Origin: an uncultured delta proteobacterium | GTDB taxonomy: Bacteria; Myxococcota; Myxococcia; Myxococcales; Anaeromyxobacteraceae | NCBI GenBank assembly: GCA_963766715.1 | Contig: CAVYBH010000001.1 | Span: forward strand, 232,245 to 296,244 | Reading direction: 5' to 3' | DNA length: 64,000 nucleotides | Shown: positions 50,859 to 60,340 of the stretch, piece by piece | Layout: the number at the start of each line of letters is the position of its first letter | Numbering within the stretch: position 1 is the stretch's first letter | The notes under the pieces: model-generated | Database searches by the model: none | What the model was told of the DNA's origin: nothing | The model's input: only the letters and a program-made list of their open reading frames with translations | Made by a program: the position numbers and the translations under genes

Positions 50859-52057
50859 GCGGTTCCTTTCTCAAGTGCTGGCGCGCCGTTGGAGCGCTCC
50901 GCCATGGACTGCACGATCTCGCGCAGCTCCCCGGCGAACCGCTCGTTGTTCTCCACGCCGAGGAAGGCGAGCCGCCCCACCTCGGTCATCACCACCAGGT
51001 TCAACGTCGAGCCGGTGTTCTTCTTGTCCCGGGACAGGGCCTCGCGCAGCTGCCCCAGGTCGAGCGCGCCCAGCGCCGCCCGGCAGCGGTCGTCGACGAT
51101 CAGGTCGATCACGCCAGCACCCGGCGTGTGGGGACGGCCGGCCTCGATCATGCCGCGGTTGGCCGCCACCCGGTTGACGATGGCCATGCCCAGCCCGATG
51201 GCCTGCCCGTGCGGGATGGCGAACCCCGAGAGGTTCTCGATGGCGTGGCCGATGGTGTGGCCGTAGTTGAGGGCCCGCCGCTGGTCCAGCTCGAACTCGT
51301 CCCGCTCGATCACCGCGCGCTTCACCACCAGCGAGTCCCAGGTGAGGGCGCGCAGCGCCTGCAACGACGGCAGCCCGCCGCCGGCGGCGTCGAACGCGGC
51401 GGCGAAGCGGTCGGCGAAGAGGGCCCGCCGGTGAGGTGGAGCTTGAGGATTCCGCCCAGGCCGGAGCGCAAGATCCAGCGGGGCGCCAGCGTGGCCAGGA
51501 AGCCGGGGTCGATCACCACCTGGCGCGGCGCCGCGAAGAGCGCCAGCTGGTTCTTGTACTTGCCGTGGTTCACGCCGGCCTTGGCGCCGATGCAGCTGTC
51601 GCACTGCGACAGCAGCGTGGTGGAAGAAGGTCGAGGGGAGGCCCCGCTTGAAGAGGTGGGCCGCGAAGCCGCCCACGTCCTGGACGATGCCCCCACCCAC
51701 CACCACCAGGGTATTGGTCTGCGTCAGCCCCGCCTCGGCCAGCCAGTCGAGCACCGGGATGACGCCGCCGGCGGGCGACTTGACCGCCTCGCTGGCGGTG
51801 AGCTCGAGCACGCGGCCCCCCGGGTCCACGGCCACGCCGGCCAGGTGGAGGGCCCGGACCTTGCCGTCCACCAGCAGGCGCGCCCGCGGGTGCTTGGCCA
51901 GCAAGGTTCCGCCAGCCACTCGGCGGCGGCCGCGCCGGGGGCCTGCCGCACGGTGTAGGTCCTGGGGACCGACCGGATTTCCAGCTCCCGGGGCGGCCAG
52001 ATTGGCCGCGTCGACGCGGTAGGTCTCGTCCTGGATCCTGAAGGCGAGCTGGTTCAT
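50855..52057 (-). CDS. Divergent 3-dehydroquinate synthase (AroB)-like sugar-phosphate lyase/cyclase (frameshifted)
   Basis: VVGGGIVQDV, TTLLSQCDSCIGAKAGVN, KNQL, DEFE...RRALNYGHTIGHAIE, HGQAI, DKKN. Confidence 0.85.
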   Translation of the reverse strand: MNQLAFRIQDETYRVDAANLAAPGAGNPVGPQDLHRAAGPRRGRRRVAGGTLLAKHPRARLLVDGKVRALHLAGVAVDPGGRVLELTASEAVKSPAGGVIPVLDWLAEAGLTQTNTLVVVGGGIVQDVGGFAAHLFKRGLPSTFFHHAAVAVRQLHRRQGRREPRQVQEPAGALRGAAPGGDRPRLPGHAGAPLDLALRPGRNPQAPPHRRALFADRFAAAFDAAGGGLPSLQALRALTWDSLVVKRAVIERDEFELDQRRALNYGHTIGHAIENLSGFAIPHGQAIGLGMAIVNRVAANRGMIEAGRPHTPGAGVIDLIVDDRCRAALGALDLGQLREALSRDKKNTGSTLNLVVMTEVGRLAFLGVENNERFAGELREIVQSMAERSNGAPALEKGTA

Positions 52058-52726
52058 CCGGCCTGGAATCCCCCGGCGGTGTAGCCGCCGTCGGCCACCA
52101 CGTTCTGCCCCGTCAGGTAGCGGTTGGCCTCGCTGCAGAGGAACCAGGCCAGCTCGGCGATGTCGGCGGGCTGCCCGAGCCGGCGCAGCGGGACCGCCGC
52201 CTCCAGGGACCGGATGGTGGCCTCGTCGTTGTTGCGCCGGGTCATGGCGGTGTCGATGAAGCCGGGCGAGAGGGCGTTGACCAGCACGCCGTCCCGCCCC
52301 AGCTCCAGGGCCAGCGAGCGGACCGCGCCGATGAGGGCGTGCTTGGAGGTGGCGTAGGCCAGCCGCTTCTCGCGGGCGATGACGCCGTAGATTGAGGAGA
52401 TGGCCAGCACCCGGCCGCTGCCGCGGGCGCGGAAGCCGGGCGCCAGCAGCTGGCATAGCCGCACGAAGGACACGGTGTTGACGCGCAGGGAGCGCTCCAG
52501 CTCCTCGAGGGGGATCTGCTCGAAGGGCTTGGGCGTGTTGAACCCGGCGCAGTGGACGAAGGCGTCGAAGGGGGTCTGGGCGGCCACGAAGGGGGCCAGC
52601 CCGGGCGTCGGCCGAGAGATTCAGCTCCCGGCTGCGCGGCGCCACCACCTCGAACCCGGCCCGGGCGAAGCGGTCGCCGATGGCGGCGCCGATCTCGCCG
52701 TGGCCGCCTGTGAGCAGGAGCCGCAC
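52054..52726 (-). CDS. Short-chain dehydrogenase/reductase (frameshift near 52600)
   Basis: TGGHGEIG, HCAGFN, YATSK, PGFIDT, TGQNVVADGG. Confidence 0.88.
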
Positions 52727-52729
52727 CGG

Positions 52730-54524
52730 TCAGCCGTCCCGGCGGGACGAGCAGGTTCTCGGCTAGTTCGTCCCGGTCGAGGAAGGGCGCGAGGTCCTCG
52801 AGCGGCGAGGAGACCATCGCCCGTCTCGAGCCGGCGGAGGCGAGCTTCGGCGCGAACGGCTGGCGAGGTCGAGCATCACCTCGCAGAGCACCGGCGCCCG
52901 GCGGCGCGAGGACGTCGCCCAGGTCCCCGGCAGGTCCGCGTGGGCCGCGACTGCGGTAGGGGAGGCCGTAGGCCGCGGCCAGCCTGCCGAAGTCGGGGAA
53001 GCTGAGCCCGGTCTCGAGGCTGCAGCACCACGTTGCCGGGAAGAAGGCCTCCTGGGTCTGGCGGATCGAGTGGTAGCCGGCGTTGTCCAGGACGAAGAGC
53101 TTGAGCGGCAGCCGGTGGTGCGGACCGTCTGCAGCTCCTGCAGGTTCATCTGGAGGCTGCCGTCGCCGGCGAGGCAGACGACCGCTTGCCGCCGGTCGCG
53201 AAGCGGCGCCGATGGCGGCCGGGAGGTCGTACCCCATCGCGGCGCAGCCGGAGTTGGTGAAGAGGCGCTGGCCCGTCCTAGATGGGCCGCCTGGAAGGTG
53301 CGACGCAGGCGGTGCCGTCGCCCGCCACCACGTGGCGTCCCTCCGGGAGGCGCTCGCAGAGCGCCTGGACGAAGCAGTACGGGTTCACGTCGCCGCTCTC
53401 CAGTACTCCGGCAGCACGACCGGGTAGCGCTCGCGCCGCGCGCGGCACCAGTCGCGCCAGCCCGGTCCGCCGGGTGCGGCGCGCCGGCGGCGGGATCCGC
53501 GAGCAGCGGCGTCGAGGAAGCGCCGAGCGTCGGCGTGCACGGGCAGGTCGAGCGTGACCGTGGGCTTCTCCAGCTCGGCGGCGTCGATGTCGACCACGGT
53601 CTTGAAGGCGGCGCGGGCGAAGGCCTGCCAGAAGTAGCTGACCTGCCGGATGTTGAGCCGGCTGCCGAGCACGAGCAGGAAGTCGGCGTTCTGCACGGCG
53701 AAGTTCCCGGCGCGGTCGCCGATGGTCCCGGGGCGGCCGACGTAGAGCGGGTGGTCGCCGCGAGCAGGTCGTGGGCGTTGCAGGCGGTCACCACCGGGAT
53801 CCCCAGCCCCTCGGCGAAGCGCCGGAGCGCTCGCGGCGCGCCGCGCGAGTGCGGATGCCCGGGCCGGCGAGGACGACCGGCCGCTCGGCGCGCGCGAGCC
53901 GCCGAGCAGCCTCGCGCAGCGCCGGCGAGCGCGCGCCCGTCGAGCGAGCGGCGCGCTCCGCCGCCGGCGGATCGTAGCCGGCGAGCGCCGCCTCGTCGAC
54001 CTGCGCCCCCTGCACGTTCATCGGGACGTCGATCCAGACCGGGCCCGGGCGGCCCGACCGTCGCGAGGTGGAGCGCCTTCTCGAGGTGGTAGCGGATCGG
54101 CGCGGGTCGGTGACCATCACGGCGTACTTGGTGATCGGCGCGACCAGCGGACGATGTCGATCTCCTGGTCGCCGAGCTGGCGCAGCGGCGACCGGGCGTG
54201 CGCCGAGCAGGTCTCCTGCTTCACCTGCCCGGAGACGAAGAAGCAGGGCCGGAGTCGACGTAGGCCCCGAAGACGCCGGTGATGGCGTTGGTCCCGCCGG
54301 GGCCGGTGGTCACGTTGACCGCCGCGAGGCGGCCGGTGACGCGGGAGTAGCTCTCCGCGGCCATGGCGCAGGCCTGCTCGTGGTGGCAGGAGACGTACTC
54401 GAGCCCCTTGCGCGGCCGAAGGCGTCGTTGAGGTGCATCGCGCCGCCGCCGGTCACCAGGAAGACGTGGCGGAACCCCGGGCGGCGAGGGTCTGGGCGAT
54501 GTAGTCGGCGACGCGGATCGACAT
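52730..54524 (-). CDS. ThDP-dependent acetolactate-synthase-like carboligase (YerE-like), frameshifted
   Basis: RVADYI, VTGGGAMHLND, CHHEQACAMAAE, VTTGPGGTNAITG, GRPGPVWIDVP, MGYDLPAAIG, GDGSLQMNLQEL...N. Confidence 0.9.
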
Positions 54525-54582
54525 TCGGACTCCACCGGAAATTCGGACTCAGGGAGGCGAAATAGTATCGTAGGGCCCCGGC

Positions 54583-55631
54583 ATGACCAAAGGGTTCTCC
54601 ACCGATTTCGCGCGCTTCGAGCGGGATGCCCCGCGGCTCTGGGAGCCCTACCGAGGGGCGCGCCTGCTCGTCACCGGGGGTACGGGTTTCGTGGGCAAGT
54701 GGCTCCTGGAGGGGCTGCTCCACGGCGTCGACGCGCTCGGCCTGGACACCCGGGTGACGGTGCTGACCCGCGACCCGGACGCCTTCCGGAGGCTGCACCC
54801 CCGGCTGGCGCGCCACCCGCGGATCACCCTCCTGCCGGGCGACGTCCTCACGCTGCGATTGCTCGCCGGGGAGTTCACCCACGTCGTCCACGGCGCCGCC
54901 TCGGCGAACGCGAAGGACTACGCGGCCGCGCCGAGGGTGATGTTCGACACCATCGTCGAGGGGACCCGGCGCCTGCTCGAGCTCTCCCGGCTCGCCGGGG
55001 CCCGTCGGTTCCTCTTCCTCAGCTCCGGGGCGGTCTACGGCCGCCAGCCCCCCGAGCTCTCCCACGTTCCCGAGTCGTTCGAGGAGCACCGACGCCGCGG
55101 CCCCGGGCACGGAGTACGGGCAGGCCAAGCGCGCCGCGGAGCAGCTCTGCACGGCCGCGGCCGGCACGGAGATGGACGCGGTGCTCGCGCGGTGCTTCGC
55201 GTTCTCTGGCCCGTACTTGCCGCTCGACGCCCACTTCGCGATCGGCAACTTCGTGCGGGACGCGATCCAAGGAGGGCCGATCGGATCAGGGCGACGGAAC
55301 CCCGATGCGCTCCTACCTCTACGGCGCGGACCTGGCCGCGTGGCTCCTCACCCTGCTGGCGCGTGGGCGGGCCGGACGGGCCTACAACGTCGGTTCGGAG
55401 GCGGCCATCTCGATCGAGGACCTGGCGAAGACGGTGACGCGGGTGCTCGCGGTCGGTCCCGGGGTGGAGATCGCCGGCCAGCGCGTGCCGGGGCGGTTGC
55501 CCGAGCGGTACGTACCCTCCACGAGGCGAGCCCGGGAGGAGCTCGGGCTCGTGGAAACCGTGAGCCTGGAGCGGGCCATCCTCCGGATGGCGGAGGAGGC
55601 ACAATGGCGAAGAAGCTCATCAGCATCCTGA
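54583..55631 (+). CDS. NAD-dependent epimerase/dehydratase or reductase (possibly YerF-like), frameshifted
   Basis: [46 protein letters not shown]. Confidence 0.85.
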
Positions 55632-56547
55632 CCCCCTGCTACAACGAAGAGGACAACGTCGAGGAACTGACCGGCGCGTCCGCGCCGTCATGGCAGCCGC
55701 CGGCGCTACCGGTACGAGCACATCTTCGTTGACAACGCTCCACCGACCCACCGTCGAGAAGGTGAAGCGGCTCGCCGCCCAGGACAAGCGCATCAAGATC
55801 ATCGTCAACGTCCGGAACTTCGGCCACATCCGCTCCCCCTACCACGGCCTGCTGCAGGCCCGGGGCGACGCAGTGATCGCCATGGCGTCGGACCTGCAGG
55901 ACCCGCCGGAGATGATCCCGCAGTTCGTCCGCAAGTGGGAGGAGGGCACAGTCGTCTCGGCGGTCAAGAGCGCGAGCCGAGGAGTCCTGGATCGTCTACG
56001 GTGCGAGGGGCCTACTACCGACGTAGGCGCCTCTGCGAACTCGAGCTGGTCGAGAACTTGACCGGCTTCGGCCTGTACGACCGGAGGGTGATGGAGGACA
56101 TCCGTCGCTGCGCGAGCCCTATCCCTACTTCCGGGGCCTGATCTGCGACCTGGGCTTCGACTGTGCCAAGTCCCGTTCACCCAGCCACCCGCAAGGGGGA
56201 ATCACCAAGACAACTTTCCGGTGCTCCTCGACATGGCGCTGCTCGGGCTCACGAGCCACACCAAGATCCCGCTCCGGCTCGCCACCGTTCTGGGGTTCGC
56301 GGCGGCGGTCTTCTTCCTCTTCGCCGGCGTGGCCTACCTGGTGGCGAAGCTCTTCTTCTGGAACACCTTCACCGCCGGCACCGTGCCGGCCATAATCGGG
56401 GTCTTCTTCCTGGGTCGATCAGACTGATGTTCCTGGGCCTCATCGGCGAGTACGTGGGGACCATCTTCACCTACGTCCAGGCGACGGCCGCTCGTCATCG
56501 AGAAGGAGCGGGTGAACTTCGACGACGAGGCCGGAACCCCGAAATGA
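55604..56547 (+). CDS. GtrB-like polyprenyl-phosphate glycosyltransferase (GT2 with two C-terminal TM), frameshifted
   Basis: [22 protein letters not shown], two TM helices, GLIGEYVG. Confidence 0.88.
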
Positions 56548-56955
56548 GCGGGACGCTCGCCCGGCTCCAGGCCCATCGGCTCTGGCAGCCGCTCAGCTAC
56601 CTCGCGGTGGGCGGATGGAACACCGTGTTCGGGCTCGGGCTGTTCTGGCTCGCGTAGGCTCCTGGCGCCACCGTGAACTACCTGGTGCTGCTCGCGGCGT
56701 GCAACGTCCTCGCCATCACGAACGCATTCGTCTGCTACAAGCTGCTCGTCTTCCGCACGCGCGGGAACTGGGTGCGGGAGTACGCGCGGTTCTGGGCCGT
56801 GTACGGGAGGCGGCGCTGGTGGGCCTCGGCCTCGTGGCGCTGCTGGTCCAGATCCTCGGGCATGTCGCCGGTGACGGCGAACGTCCTCGCCACGGGCGTC
56901 ATCGTCGTCGCAGGATTCCTGGGGCACAAGCGGGTGTCGTTCGCGGCGGACGTAG
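56544..56955 (+). CDS. GtrA-family flippase (frameshifted, end approximate)
   Basis: YLAVGGWNTVFG, NAFVCYKLLVF, REYARF, four TM segments. Confidence 0.8.
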
Positions 56956-56968
56956 GGCGGCGCGGCCC

Positions 56969-58288
56969 CTACGCCTTCACCACCCGCGGCCCGCCGCCGC
57001 TCGGGAAGAGCGGCGCCACGAGGTTGCGCGTGTCCACCACCAGCGGCACGCTCCGCGAAGAGCGCCGGGTCCTTGAAGAGGTCGTGGGCGGTGGAGACCA
57101 CCACCGCGTCGTAGCCCTTCCAGGTCGCCGCGTCCTTCGCCACGGACTTCATCCCCAGCTCCCGCTTGCGCGTCTTCGGCGTCGCGGGGAAGAACGGGTC
57201 GCAGTAGTCGACAATCGCGCCGCTCCTGGAGGAGCTCGATGATCTCGTAGGAGGGCGACTCGCGGTCGTCGTCGAGTTGGCCTTGTAGGCGAGGCCGAGG
57301 ACGAGGATGCGAGCCCTTCACCGGCTTCGCGTCCTCGTTCAGCGCCTCGGCGACCTTCGCCACCACCCAGCGCGGCATGCCGGTGTTGATCTCGCCGGCC
57401 AGTTCCACGAAGCGGGCCCACTGCCCGTGCTCGGCCGCCTTCCAGGAGAGGTAGAAGGGGTCGAGCGGGATGCAGTGACCGCCCAGGCCCGGGCCCGGGT
57501 AGAAGGGCATGAAGCCGAAGGGCTTGGTCTTCGCGGCCTCGATGACCTCCCAGACGTCGATGCCCATCCGGTCGAAGACGATCTTCAGCTCGTTCACCAG
57601 CGCGATGTTCACCGAACGGAAGACGTTCTCGAGGAGCTTGGCCGACTCGGCCACGCGCGCGCAGGAGACCGGCACCACCTTGGCGACGCCGGTCCGGTAG
57701 AGCGCCACGGCCAGCTCGGTGGAGTCGGCGTCCACCCCGCCCACGACCTTGGCGGTGGTCTTGGTGTCGAAGTCCTTGCGGCCCGGGTCCTCGCGCTCTG
57801 GCGAGAAGGCGAGGAAGAAGTCGCGGCCGCACATGAGGCCGCTCGTCTCGAGGATGGGGAGGAGCTCCTCGTCGGTCGTTCCCGGGTAGGTGGTCGACTC
57901 GAGCAGACCAGCTGACCCTTGCGGAGCCGCTTCGCGATCTCCCGCCCGGTGGCGTGGATGTAGGAGTTGTCCGGCTCGCGGTGCGTCGCCGAGCGGCGTG
58001 GGCACGCAGATGGCGATGGCGTCGCAGTCGCGCAGCCCGTCGAAGTCGGTGGTGGCCTGGTACCTCCCGCTCCTCACCGCGGCGGCGACCCGCTCGGCCC
58101 CGATGTGCTTGATGAAGGACTCGCCCCTTCCGGAGCGCCTCCACCTTGCGGGGGTCGAGGTCGAAGCCGGTGACCTGGAAGCCCGCCTCGTGGAAGAGGA
58201 GGGCGAGGGGGAGGCCGACGTAGCCCTGGCCGATGATGCCGATGCGGGCGCTGCGGTCGTGGATGCGGGCGAGAAGTCCGTTTTTCAT
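56969..58288 (-). CDS. UDP-N-acetylhexosamine 6-dehydrogenase (WbpA/WecC family), frameshifted
   Basis: GQGYVGLPL, ICVPTPL, ESTTYPGTT, FSPERED, GPGLGGHCIPLDP, DDRESP, DTRN. Confidence 0.93.
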
Positions 58289-58315
58289 GTGGGCGGATTG
58301 TAGGGCGAAACGGGG

Positions 58316-58740
58316 CTAGAGGTTCAGCGAACCCTTCAGGCCCGACCTGGAACCAGCCGTGAAAGGAACGGGACGAGAGGTCGACCGCGCCGCCATACCC
58401 CTTCGCTGCCCCGCCGGCGAATATGTTCGAGTACATCCCGCCGAAGTAACCGACGTAGGGGCCGAGGGCGAAGGCCCTCCCCAGGGCGAAGTCGAGCCCG
58501 GTCTGGACGTTCACGACCTCCCAGCCGCTCCAGGTCACGCCGCTCGACTGGGTGGCGGTGTCGACCGAGTAGTGCGTCCACTCCCGACCCCGTCCCGAAG
58601 CTGACCGAGGGTCGGAGCGTGCCGTCCGGGAGCGACGGCCGTAGACGCAGCTCGAGCCCGGTCCGCAAGTCGTACCCCGTGCAGCTTGCGCCCGCGGTGC
58701 AGGTGGCGCGACGCTACGAAGCCAGGGCGTACTGGAAGTC
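58316..58740 (-). pseudogene. C-terminal fragment of an outer-membrane beta-barrel protein; N-terminus missing
   Basis: DFQYALAS...CTAGASCTGYDLRTG...WEWT...GWEVVNVQTGLDF...GPYVGYFGGMYS...FHGWFQVG.KGSLNL*; no room for a start or signal peptide before wzb. Confidence 0.6.
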
Positions 58741-59205
58741 ATGTTCGAGAGGGTCCTCGTCGTCTGCGTGGGCAACATCTGCCGGAGCCCCATGGCGGAG
58801 GCGCTTCTCCGGGCGCGCCTCGGCCATCGGCCCCGGTTCGACGTGTCGTCCGCGGGCGTCTCGGCGCTGGTGGGGCACCCGGCCGACGAGTCGGCGGTGG
58901 CGCTCATGAGGGAGCGCGGCATCGACATCTCCGGCCACCGGGCCCGGCAGCTCACCCCGCAGGTCGCCGCCGAGGCCGACCTCGTCCTGGTCATGGAATC
59001 GGGTCACGAGCGGGCGGTCTACTCCATCGCCCCCCAGGCCCGGGGCAAGGTCCACCGCATCGGCCGGTTCGGGAACTTCGACGTGCCCGACCCGTACCGG
59101 CTTCCCCGAGCCGCCTTCCTGGAGGCGCTGCAGCTCGTGGAGCGCGGCATCGACGACTACGAGCGAGCCTTCTGGCCGCCCCCGTTGAGAAAGGTGCACG
59201 GATGA
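58741..59205 (+). CDS. wzb: Low-molecular-weight protein-tyrosine phosphatase
   Basis: VVCVGNICRSPMAE (CX5R), DVPDPY. Confidence 0.93.
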   Translation: MFERVLVVCVGNICRSPMAEALLRARLGHRPRFDVSSAGVSALVGHPADESAVALMRERGIDISGHRARQLTPQVAAEADLVLVMESGHERAVYSIAPQARGKVHRIGRFGNFDVPDPYRLPRAAFLEALQLVERGIDDYERAFWPPPLRKVHG

Positions 59206-60315
59206 CCCGGAGGCTCACCCTCGCCATCCTCCTCGCTGCAGGCACCGGCTGCGGCCTCGCGCCTGGCATCCAGATGTCCGACTCGGAGGTGACCGAGCGG
59301 GCGCACGAGCAGGGGGACACCGACTTCCAGATCACCCAGGTCTCGCCCTACGTCATCGCGCGCCTGGCGAAGGAGCAGGCGGCCGCCATGGCCGCGCGCC
59401 AGCCCGACCCCAACGTGAAGGAGTTCGCGACCTACCAGTACAAGATCGCGCCGCTCGACGTGCTCTCGGTGGTGGTCTGGGACCACCCGGAGCTCACGTC
59501 GCCCACCGGGCAATTCCGGGGCCCGGAGGACAACGGCCTCCCGGTCTACGCCGACGGGACGATGTTCTACCCGTTCGTGGGCTACCTGAACGTGGCCGGG
59601 AAGACGGTCATCGAGGTGCAGCAGGAGCTCACCCGGCGGCTGCGCCACGCCATCAAGGACCCCCAGGTGGCGGTGCGCGTGGCGGCCTTCCGGGGCAAGC
59701 GGGTCGAGGTCACCGGCGAGGTGAAGGCGCCGCAGACGGTGAACATCTCCGACATCCCGCTCCGGGTCTCCGACGCCGTGGTGAAGGCGGGCGGGTTCAT
59801 CCCGGAATCGAACCCGGGCAGCGGTGACCCTGAACCGCGGCGGCAAGGTCGTCAACCTCGACCTCATGAGCTACTACGAGGACGGGGACGTGAAGCAGAA
59901 CTGGCTGCTCCTCGACGGCGACGTGGTCCACGTGGGGCACGTCTCGCGCAGCCAGGTCTACGTGTTCGGCGAGGTGAAGAAGCCGGGAACGAAGCCCATG
60001 TACCGCGGGCGGCTCAACCTGGCCCAGGCGCTCGGCGACAGCGACGGCTTCGACTACACGACCATGAAGCCGGCGGTGTACGTGTTCCGGGAGAAGGCGC
60101 CGGGTCGGCCGGAGATCTACCGGCTCGACGTGTCCAGCGCCGATTCGCTGCTGCTCGCCGCCCAGTTCGCGCTCAAGCCCAAGGACGTGGTCTTCGTGGC
60201 CACGAACGACCTGGCCCGCTTCAACCGGGTGGTCGGCCAGATTGCGCCCTTCGTGAACATCATCTGGCAGACCTGGAACATCGTGACGACGTCCAAGGTG
60301 CTGCTCGGCATCTAG
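59202..60315 (+). CDS. wza: Polysaccharide export outer-membrane lipoprotein (frameshift near 59820)
   Basis: Lipobox-like GTGC, YKIAPLDVLSVVVWDHPEL, DGTMFYPFVG, VYVFGEV, C-terminal amphipathic helix. Confidence 0.93.
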
Positions 60316-60340
60316 GGAACCGGGGGCTGGAGGATGCACC

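Noticed and set aside
50855..52726. 623-aa ORF suggesting an SDR-AroB fusion
   Set aside because: Frameshift artefact; the SDR has its own stop at 52054 overlapping the AroB-like ATG at 52057
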